Below, in pieces: positions 47,164 through 54,861 of a DNA stretch of 61,984 bases (positions within the stretch are counted from its first letter, which is position 1; the number at the start of each line of letters is the position of its first letter). The notes beneath the pieces were generated by a model. It worked only from the letters and a program-made list of their open reading frames with translations. It searched no databases and was not told the DNA's origin. Made by a program: the position numbers and the translations under genes. The stretch is from Actinomycetota bacterium (GTDB lineage: Bacteria; Actinomycetota; Acidimicrobiia; Acidimicrobiales; Ilumatobacteraceae). The stretch spans positions 1 to 61,984 of the forward strand of contig JBJTIO010000103.1 in the NCBI GenBank assembly GCA_046095045.1, given 5' to 3'.

Positions 47164-47639
47164 GACGCCTCCCCGATCAGGTCGAAACACGCGATGTCGC
47201 GAATCCCGCCGTTGCGTTCGGCGGACCAACGCACTTTCACTCGCGATCCGGTGCGGACTCGCGACATGTCGCCGGCGTCGACCGCGTGCAACAGGGGTAC
47301 ATCGGCGCCGTCGAGGGTGATCATCGCCCACGCGAAGGGACGGTCGAGGGGCTGATCTGGTTGGGGCACCGATTGCCAGGCCCACGTGGTGACCGTGCCC
47401 GTCTCGGGGAGCGTCACCCATTCGTCGAGTTGTGCGCCCGTCACGGGGTCGAACTCGGCCGGTGGGAAGTACACCCGACCGTCCGATCCTCGGGTGCCCT
47501 CGAGGCGGCCCTCCTGCAGAGACATGAAGAAGCGCGACAGCAGGGTGCCCACCGTGCGCTTGTAGGGATACGCGACTTCGAGGGGTGCGACGAAGACTCC
47601 GTCGGCACCCGAAGTCGACGACGATGCTGAAGTCGACAC
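47160..47639 (-). CDS. DUF35-like OB-fold protein lacking the four zinc-ribbon cysteines
   Basis: Same architecture (…GRVYFPPAEFDPVTG… then OB-fold), but no Cys where the ribbon should be. Confidence 0.72.
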   Translation of the reverse strand: MSTSASSSTSGADGVFVAPLEVAYPYKRTVGTLLSRFFMSLQEGRLEGTRGSDGRVYFPPAEFDPVTGAQLDEWVTLPETGTVTTWAWQSVPQPDQPLDRPFAWAMITLDGADVPLLHAVDAGDMSRVRTGSRVKVRWSAERNGGIRDIACFDLIGEAS

Positions 47640-47777
47640 GGCTTCGTTCTTATCACTCCCGGGTCGATCGGCGCATGTCGGTGCCGGGTCACTGACGCCC
47701 TATCGGTGAGGGGAGCGTGCTTGCTAATGTCGGTCGTGAGTCGGAGCGGGGGCTCCGATCGACATCTCGGGGGAATC

Positions 47778-49235
47778 ATGATCAAGAACCGTCGTTCGGT
47801 CCGTGCGTTGTTCACATTGGGTGTCGTGGTCGTCACCGCGGTCGGATGTTCGAACCGCGAAGGGGGCGCCGACTCCACCAACGCCCCCGCCGCCGAGGCA
47901 CCTTCCACTGAAGCTCCCACGTCGGATGCCCCGACCACGGAAGCTCCCGCTGGCGAGATGTTCGGCGACATGGCCAGCCCCTGCGGTCCGGCCACCGACG
48001 CTGGCGTGCCCACATTCGCCGACGGTCAGAACGGTGGCGACACCTTGAAGATCGGAACCGCCACCGATCACGGATACGAGGCCGCGCCCGGTTTGACGGT
48101 CGAGATGCTCGACGCCGCCGAGGCCTTCGCCGGATGGTGCAACGAGCAGGGCGGCATCCGCGGACTGCCGATCGAGATCGTCGACCTGGACGGAAAGTTG
48201 TTCAACGTTCCCGCCGCGACCGAGCAGGCATGCGCGGAAGTGTTCGCCATGGTTGGCGGTGGATGGGTGTTCGACAATCAGATGTACCCCCGATTCCACG
48301 AGTGCGGGATGATCTCGTTCCCCGGTTACGCCGTCACCGCCGAGGCGTCGATGGCCAATGGTCGTGTGCAGCCAATCCCGAACCCGTCGAACAAGAAGCC
48401 GGCGTCGTGGTTCTTGTGGGCCAAGGAGTATCAGGCCGAGGCCATCGGTAAGCCAGCCATCATCTACGGCGACTTCGTGAGCACGAAGATGGTCGCCGAA
48501 CAGATCAGAGCAACGATGGTCGCGGTCGGGGGTTTCGGAGATCCGTTGATGATCCCCACCAACCCAGCGGGTGAAGCCAACTGGACGCCGTTCGCTCAGC
48601 AACTGAAGGACGAAGGCATCACCATGCTTTCGGTCGTCGGCGAGCCCGGCAACATGATCCTGCTGTACAAGGCGATGCGCGAGGTGGGTTACGTGCCCGA
48701 CCTCGTGCTGAACGACGCCAACCACTACAGCGAGCAGATCGTGGCCGAGGGCAACGCCGAATCGACCGAGGGTCTGCGCGTGCGAACGGTGTACTCACCG
48801 TTCGAGGAGGCCGACACGAACCCGGCTCTCGCCAAGTTCCTCGACATCATGGCGACGTACAACCCCGATGGGCGCATCGCCGGACTTGGTCAGCAAGCAA
48901 TGTCGGCTCTGTTGCTCTTCGCCCAGTCGGCCAACGCATGTCTGGATGCCAACGACAACGTGCTCGAACGTGAATGCGTGCTCGCTGAGGGCAAGAAGGT
49001 CACGTCGTGGACCGCCGGTGGTCTGCACGCCGAGTCGAACCCCGGTGAGAACGAACCGCCCAAGTGCGGTCTCATCATGGGAGTCGTCGAGGGCAAGTGG
49101 ACCCGCATCTACCCCGAACTCGGTAGCGCCGACGACAACAGCGGCGGCTGGCACTGCGACGAGAACGGTGCGGTCGACATCGAAGGCGACTTCGGTGATG
49201 TCACGGCCGCGGTCGATCCGACGCGACCCAACTGA
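47778..49235 (+). CDS. ABC transporter substrate-binding lipoprotein, LivK/Peripla_BP_6-like
   Basis: ATG 47778 with GGGGG upstream; signal peptide with lipobox AVGC; paralogue of 29960..31408. Confidence 0.88.
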   Translation: MIKNRRSVRALFTLGVVVVTAVGCSNREGGADSTNAPAAEAPSTEAPTSDAPTTEAPAGEMFGDMASPCGPATDAGVPTFADGQNGGDTLKIGTATDHGYEAAPGLTVEMLDAAEAFAGWCNEQGGIRGLPIEIVDLDGKLFNVPAATEQACAEVFAMVGGGWVFDNQMYPRFHECGMISFPGYAVTAEASMANGRVQPIPNPSNKKPASWFLWAKEYQAEAIGKPAIIYGDFVSTKMVAEQIRATMVAVGGFGDPLMIPTNPAGEANWTPFAQQLKDEGITMLSVVGEPGNMILLYKAMREVGYVPDLVLNDANHYSEQIVAEGNAESTEGLRVRTVYSPFEEADTNPALAKFLDIMATYNPDGRIAGLGQQAMSALLLFAQSANACLDANDNVLERECVLAEGKKVTSWTAGGLHAESNPGENEPPKCGLIMGVVEGKWTRIYPELGSADDNSGGWHCDENGAVDIEGDFGDVTAAVDPTRPN

Positions 49236-49274
49236 ACGACCTGATTGTTTCGTGAACCGAGCGACAGACCGCTG

Positions 49275-51548
49275 ATGCAGGAACTACTCACGTTCACCAT
49301 CATCGGTCTGTCGACCGGAGCGATCTACGCGGTGGTGGCGAGCGGTCTCGTCGTCACCTACACCACCTCGGGCATCTTCAACTTGGCGCACGGTGCCACG
49401 GGCATGCTGTCCGCGTTCACCTACTGGCAGTTGCGTTTCGACTGGGATCTGCCCGCGCCTCTCGCGCTGTTCATCACGCTGTTCATCCTGTGCCCGCTCT
49501 TCGGCATCGTGACCGAACGTTTCGTGATGCGCGGTCTGCAGGGAACGACCGAAGTGGTGCGCCTGTCGGTCACCGTGGCGCTGTTCGCCTTCATGATCGG
49601 CTTGGCCAACTGGATCTGGCCGAACGACGCCAGTCGGGAGGCGTTCCTCAAGTTCTATGAAGGCAACAGCATCTCGATCGGAGGCTTCAACGTCAGTTGG
49701 CACCGCCTCATCACGTTCGGGTGCGCGGTCGTCGTCGCGATCGTTCTTCGCATCGTGCTCTACAAGACCCGCATGGGTGTCGCAATGCGTGCGGTGGTCG
49801 ACGACCGCAATCTCACCGAGCTCAACGGTGGGCGACCCGATCGGGTGTCGATGTTCGCGTGGGGCATCAGCGCCTCGCTCGCCGGTCTCGCGGGAATCCT
49901 GCTCGCGGGTGATCAGCAGTTGAACATCGAACCGCTGGTGTTGCTCGTCATCAACGCGTACGCCGCGGCGATCATCGGTCGGCTGCGCAGCCTGCCTCTC
50001 ACGTTCCTCGGAGCTGGTCTGCTCGGTTTGCTCGACGCCTACTACCTGATGATCTCCGACGAGTCGTGGTTCCCGCAGACCGCCTTCGGCTTCTCCTTGT
50101 CGGGTGTTCGCGCCGCGCTTCCCACGATCGTGCTGTTCATCGCATTGTTGGCCCGACCGCAGAGTCGATTGAAGGTCGGCACGGTGAAGTTCCGCGAGGA
50201 GCATCGGGTTCCCGAATGGCGCACCGCGGTGCTCGGGGCGATCGTGTTGGTTGTCGCGGTCATCGGCATCTCGGGAATGTTGACCCGCGCCAACACCTTG
50301 TTGCTCCTCAACGGCTTCACCTTCGCGATGGTCACGTTGTCGTTGGTTCCGCTCACCGGATACGCGGGTCAGATGTCACTCGCTCCGTTGACGTTCGCCG
50401 GTCTCGGAGCGATCGCGATGTCGAAGTTGCCCGGGAACGGCAACCTGCTCACGCTTCTCGTCGCGGTGACGATCGTCGCGATCGTTGGCGCGATCGTGGC
50501 ACTGCCGGCTTTGCGATTGTCGGGTATCTACCTCGCCTTGTCGACGGCGGCGTTCGCCGTGATGGTGAGCAAGATGGTGTTCAATCAACGCCAGACGTTC
50601 CAGACCGGCAACATCACCGTGCCCGTGCTGAAGGTTCCCTTCGTCACCATCGACACTCCCCGCGGCCGTCTGATTCTCGCCTCGATCGTGTTCGCACTGC
50701 TCGGACTCGCCGTGACCGCCGTCCGACGCAGTCGACTCGGACGCAGATTGGTCGCGTTGAAGGACTCCCCCGCCGCTGCCGCCACGCTCGGCATGAGTCT
50801 CACGCGCACCAAGTTGGCCGCGTTCGCCATCTCGGCGGCCATCGCCGCGTGCGCGGGTGCTCTCGCCGGCGACAAGGTGAGCCCGCAGCAATACGAGTTC
50901 ACGCAGAGTCTGCCGATCGTGTTGCTCGCCGTCGTCGGCGGAGTTGGCTCGGTCGCGGGAGCGCTGTTCGGTGGTTTGTTGCTCGGTGGAAACTCGGTGC
51001 TCGCGACCATCGTGCCCACGGTGAAGAACATCACCAAGATCGGCCCCGGCACCATCGGCATCACCCTCGGTCGCAATCCACAGGGCGCGGCGTCGCAGAT
51101 CGGCGACGCATTCCGACCGCTCACGCAACAGCCCCGTCTCGTCACGATCTCGCTCACTGGCGCGGTGGCGATCTGGGCGCTCACGACCGTCGATGCGATC
51201 TCCCATTGGACGTTCTTCGTCACGATGATCGTTTGGGTGCTCGCGGTGTCTCCGAATCTCCCCGCGTTGCTGGCCGCGGATCGAGGTCGTCGCCTCGTGG
51301 CCGGCGCCTGGTTGGTGATCGGACTCGCGGTGTCCGCGGGCATCGATTGGGGTACCGCACTCGATGCAACGGGCAAGCGAATCATCGTCATCGTCGGACT
51401 CGTTGCCTTGTTCGGAGTCGGCGCCCAACGCTTCACCGAGAATGCTCCGCGCGTGCACACCGCGTCACCCGATCTCGCGGGTCTCGACACCGCGTTCACG
51501 CGCGAGGAGATCGAAGTCGCGGAGCAAAAGGTCGGGGTGGTGATCTGA
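49275..51548 (+). CDS. fused branched-chain-amino-acid-type ABC permease (LivH-like plus LivM-like halves, extra C-terminal TM region)
   Basis: N-terminus IIGLSTGAIYAVVASGLVVTY..FNLAHG (LivH-like); second half PLTGYAGQMSLAPLTFAGLGA (LivM-like); about 757 aa. Confidence 0.88.
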   Translation: MQELLTFTIIGLSTGAIYAVVASGLVVTYTTSGIFNLAHGATGMLSAFTYWQLRFDWDLPAPLALFITLFILCPLFGIVTERFVMRGLQGTTEVVRLSVTVALFAFMIGLANWIWPNDASREAFLKFYEGNSISIGGFNVSWHRLITFGCAVVVAIVLRIVLYKTRMGVAMRAVVDDRNLTELNGGRPDRVSMFAWGISASLAGLAGILLAGDQQLNIEPLVLLVINAYAAAIIGRLRSLPLTFLGAGLLGLLDAYYLMISDESWFPQTAFGFSLSGVRAALPTIVLFIALLARPQSRLKVGTVKFREEHRVPEWRTAVLGAIVLVVAVIGISGMLTRANTLLLLNGFTFAMVTLSLVPLTGYAGQMSLAPLTFAGLGAIAMSKLPGNGNLLTLLVAVTIVAIVGAIVALPALRLSGIYLALSTAAFAVMVSKMVFNQRQTFQTGNITVPVLKVPFVTIDTPRGRLILASIVFALLGLAVTAVRRSRLGRRLVALKDSPAAAATLGMSLTRTKLAAFAISAAIAACAGALAGDKVSPQQYEFTQSLPIVLLAVVGGVGSVAGALFGGLLLGGNSVLATIVPTVKNITKIGPGTIGITLGRNPQGAASQIGDAFRPLTQQPRLVTISLTGAVAIWALTTVDAISHWTFFVTMIVWVLAVSPNLPALLAADRGRRLVAGAWLVIGLAVSAGIDWGTALDATGKRIIVIVGLVALFGVGAQRFTENAPRVHTASPDLAGLDTAFTREEIEVAEQKVGVVI

Positions 51549-52255
51549 TGTCGTTGCTCGAGGTGCGCGGAGTGATGGTGCGTTTCGGCGGTGTGATGGC
51601 CGTCGGCGGCGTCGACCTCACCGCCGAGGTCGGGCAAGTGACGGGCCTGATCGGGCCGAACGGCGCCGGCAAGACCACGTTGTTCAACGTCATCAGCGGC
51701 ATGCAGGAACCGACTGCTGGACAGGTCTTCGTGAGCGGTATCGACATCACACGCGAGGCGCCCCACAAGCGAGCCAAGCGCGGTCTCGCCCGCACGTTCC
51801 AACGACTCGAATTGTTCGCCTCGCTGACGGTGCGCGACAACGTGCGCGTCGCGGCCGAACTCGCCGGCGTACCGGACGTCGATTCGACCGTCGACGATCT
51901 GATGACCAAGGTGGGCGTGGCCCATCTCGCCGACTCGGTCGCTGGTGATCTACCCACCGGTTCGGCTCGATTGGTCGAGATAGCTCGCGCTCTCGCCACC
52001 ATGCCCCGACTGTTGTTGCTCGACGAGCCGGCATCGGGACTCGACGACGGTGAAACCGAGCGACTCGGCGCGTTGCTGCGTGAGTTGGCGAGCGACGGAC
52101 TCGGTGTGCTCTTGGTCGAACACGACATGGATCTCGTGATGCACGTGTGCGACCGCATTCATGTGCTCGATCTCGGAAACATCATCGCCGTCGGCGATCC
52201 GAACTCCATCCAACACGATACGGCCGTGCTGCAGGCCTACCTGGGGACGGCATGA
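51548..52255 (+). CDS. ABC transporter ATP-binding protein, LivG-like
   Basis: Walker A GPNGAGKTT, signature LPTGSARL, Walker B LLLLDEP. The ATG shares 1 nt with the permease stop. Confidence 0.92.
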   Translation: MSLLEVRGVMVRFGGVMAVGGVDLTAEVGQVTGLIGPNGAGKTTLFNVISGMQEPTAGQVFVSGIDITREAPHKRAKRGLARTFQRLELFASLTVRDNVRVAAELAGVPDVDSTVDDLMTKVGVAHLADSVAGDLPTGSARLVEIARALATMPRLLLLDEPASGLDDGETERLGALLRELASDGLGVLLVEHDMDLVMHVCDRIHVLDLGNIIAVGDPNSIQHDTAVLQAYLGTA

Positions 52256-52959
52256 GCGACCAACCGATTCTCGAACTGCGCAACGTGCGCGCGGGCTACG
52301 GATCGATCGACGTGTTGCATGGCGTCAATCTGACGATCGGTCGTGGAGAAGTTGTCGCACTGCTCGGCCCGAACGGCGCGGGCAAGAGCACGACGATCAA
52401 GGTGATCAGTGGTCTGTTGCGACCGTCGGCCGGACAACTGATCGTCGCCGGACGTGACGTCACCGGTGCGGCGGCGAGTTCGCTCGCCCGTGCCGGACTT
52501 TGCACCATTCCCGAGGGTCGCGGAATCTTCCCCAATCTCACCGTGCGCGAGAACCTGATCATGGCGACGTTCAGTGGTCACAAGATGCACGACATCGAGG
52601 AGCGCACCTATTCGCGCTTTCCGCGTCTCGGCGAGCGTCGCACGCAACTGGCCGGAACGATGTCAGGTGGCGAGCAGCAGATGTTGTCGCTGGCCCGAGC
52701 GCTCGCCACCGATCCGGCGATTCTGTTGCTCGACGAGTTGTCGATGGGTTTGGCACCGTTGATCGTCGCCGAGTTGTACGCCCAGGTCGCGGCTATCGCC
52801 TCCGAAGGTGTGTCGGTGCTCGTCGTCGAACAGTTCGCGCGCACCGTGCTCGGAGTCGCCGACACCGCCGTGTTGCTGGCGCACGGAACGGTGCGAATGG
52901 CCGGCAAGGCCTCCGAAATCGGCGATGATGTGTTGGCGGGGGCCTATCTCGGCTCGTGA
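52252..52959 (+). CDS. ABC transporter ATP-binding protein, LivF-like
   Basis: Walker A GPNGAGKST, signature MSGGEQQM, Walker B LLLDELS. ATGA overlap with the LivG-like gene. Confidence 0.92.
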   Translation: MSDQPILELRNVRAGYGSIDVLHGVNLTIGRGEVVALLGPNGAGKSTTIKVISGLLRPSAGQLIVAGRDVTGAAASSLARAGLCTIPEGRGIFPNLTVRENLIMATFSGHKMHDIEERTYSRFPRLGERRTQLAGTMSGGEQQMLSLARALATDPAILLLDELSMGLAPLIVAELYAQVAAIASEGVSVLVVEQFARTVLGVADTAVLLAHGTVRMAGKASEIGDDVLAGAYLGS

Positions 52960-53369
52960 CCCACGATCGCAAACAAGAAGAACCACGAGGAAACGGACAC
53001 CACATGAACGAGAACCGAATCCAGACCTTCACCGAGGAAATCGGCGAGATGAAGTTGCGCGGCGCTCGCGCCGACCGCGAGCGGTGGCTGCTCGTCATCG
53101 GCACGGTCGCACTCATCGCCGGAGTCGCACTGGCGATCGTCGGTGGGTTCCAGGCGAGTGGCACCCAGGAATTGGGTGATCAGATCGCCTTCCTCGCCAC
53201 CGGAACGCTCATCGGTCTGGCGCTCGTGATAGCCGGCACCGCGCTCTTCGTGCGCTACTCACTCGCGCGCTTCATGCGCTTCTGGTTGATCCGATTGGTG
53301 CACGAGCACCGCAGCGAGACCGACCGTACGATCGAGGCGCTGAAGCGCATCGAGGACAAGCTGCACTGA
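52956..53369 (+). CDS. small two-TM membrane protein, apparently the fifth gene of the ABC operon
   Basis: GTG 52956 overlaps the LivF-like stop (GTGA); alternative ATG 53004. TM segments WLLVIGTVALIAGVALAIVGGF and FLATGTLIGLALVIAGTALFV. No family recognised. Confidence 0.6.
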   Translation: MTHDRKQEEPRGNGHHMNENRIQTFTEEIGEMKLRGARADRERWLLVIGTVALIAGVALAIVGGFQASGTQELGDQIAFLATGTLIGLALVIAGTALFVRYSLARFMRFWLIRLVHEHRSETDRTIEALKRIEDKLH

Positions 53370-53373
53370 AAAG

Positions 53374-54792
53374 TCAACGGCTGCGATACGTGCCGCCGCT
53401 ACCCGAGCTCTGATCCTTGTTCAGACGCTTCGAGAGGTGCATGCCCTCGAGCACGAACTCGACCGCCGCAGCGACGTTGGCCGGACTGTTGTCTCCGGCC
53501 AACAGCGGTGTCACCGCCGCACTCAGGGCGGGCATCGCATCGACGAGTGCGGCCTGCTCGACCGAGGGAACGTCCTCACCGGTGTGCACGATCGCGCCCT
53601 CCTCGAAGGCCGTGACGATGTCGCGCGTCAGCTCGGGACTCACCACGTCGCGATAGGTGGTGAGCACGGCGGCCTTCACCAGATCGCGCAGGATCGCACC
53701 CTCGCGACCGTCCTCCATCGCCTCGATCTCGATCTTGCCACCGGTCGACGCCGCGAACGCGTCGAGGTCGCACACTCGCGGCACCACGTTCGTCTCACCG
53801 AGACGCAGACCGCGGCGCAAGGCGTTGGCCGCCATCACCTCGTAGTTGCTCACGCTGAGTCGCACCGACACACCGCTGCGTTGGTTCACCTGACTGCTAG
53901 ATCGCGCGAGTTGGCTGAACGTCGCCACGACGGTCTCCATGTACGCCGGAACGGTGACCGTGATGTCGCCCACACTCGGCGGTCGGGCCTCCTGACGGAT
54001 GATGCTCACCTCGGTCGCCGCCTCGAGCGGATAGTGAGTGCGAATCTGACTTCCGAAACGATCCTTCAACGGCGTGATGATGCGTCCGCGGTTGGTGTAG
54101 TCCTCGGGGTTCGCCGACGCCACAAGAAACACGTCGAGTGGCAGTCGAATCTTGTAGCCACGCACCTGAACGTCGCGCTCCTCGAGAATGTTGAGCAGAC
54201 CGACCTGAATTCGCTCCGAGAGGTCGGGCAACTCGTTGATCGCGAAGATGCCACGATTGGTGCGCGGCACCAGTCCGTAGTGAAGGGTCAGTTCGTCGCT
54301 GAGATAACGACCTTCGGCCACCTTGATCGGATCCACCTCGCCGATGAGATCGGCGATCGCGGTGTCCGGAGTCGCCAACTTCTCACCGAAGCGCTCGGAA
54401 CGGTGCACCCAGGAGATCGGCGTGTCATCACCCATGCGGGCGACGAGATCGCGTGCGTGCTTCGACACCGGATCGTAGGGATCGTCATTGATTTCGCTGC
54501 CCGCGATGATCGGCATCCACTCGTCGAGCAACCCCGTGAGACTGCGGATCATGCGCGTCTTCGCCTGACCGCGCTCACCGAGGAAGATCACGTCATGTCC
54601 GGCGAGGATGGCGTTCTCGAGTTGGGGCATCACCGTGTCCTCGTAACCGAGCACGCCCTCGAACAACGGCTGCTTGGCCATGATGCGGGCGACCGCGTTG
54701 AGCCGCATCTCTTCTTTCACCGGGCGCGACACCCATCCCGCGGCCCGCAGGTCCTTGATCGTTGCAACTTCGGGCGCTCGTGATTCAGCCAT
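53374..54792 (-). CDS. AAA+ ATPase of the Mg-chelatase ChlI / MoxR-like type
   Basis: Walker A-like FLGERGQAKT, Walker B/sensor region GIFAINELPDL; about 470 aa with a long helical C-terminus. ATG 54792. Confidence 0.8.
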   Translation of the reverse strand: MAESRAPEVATIKDLRAAGWVSRPVKEEMRLNAVARIMAKQPLFEGVLGYEDTVMPQLENAILAGHDVIFLGERGQAKTRMIRSLTGLLDEWMPIIAGSEINDDPYDPVSKHARDLVARMGDDTPISWVHRSERFGEKLATPDTAIADLIGEVDPIKVAEGRYLSDELTLHYGLVPRTNRGIFAINELPDLSERIQVGLLNILEERDVQVRGYKIRLPLDVFLVASANPEDYTNRGRIITPLKDRFGSQIRTHYPLEAATEVSIIRQEARPPSVGDITVTVPAYMETVVATFSQLARSSSQVNQRSGVSVRLSVSNYEVMAANALRRGLRLGETNVVPRVCDLDAFAASTGGKIEIEAMEDGREGAILRDLVKAAVLTTYRDVVSPELTRDIVTAFEEGAIVHTGEDVPSVEQAALVDAMPALSAAVTPLLAGDNSPANVAAAVEFVLEGMHLSKRLNKDQSSGSGGTYRSR

Positions 54793-54861
54793 GTCGCGAC
54801 AGTACTGCCCAGCGGCCGTCAGCGACACGGCGGAACCAGCCGTCCACTACGGTTTGTCGTC

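Noticed and set aside
47640-47777. Direct repeats CCGGGTC (x2) and ATGTCGGT (x2) in the 139-nt divergent region between the DUF35/Ltp operon and the ABC importer
   Set aside because: They are short, irregularly spaced and GC-rich, so chance occurrence is plausible. Not called as a feature, though this region is where a shared regulator would act.
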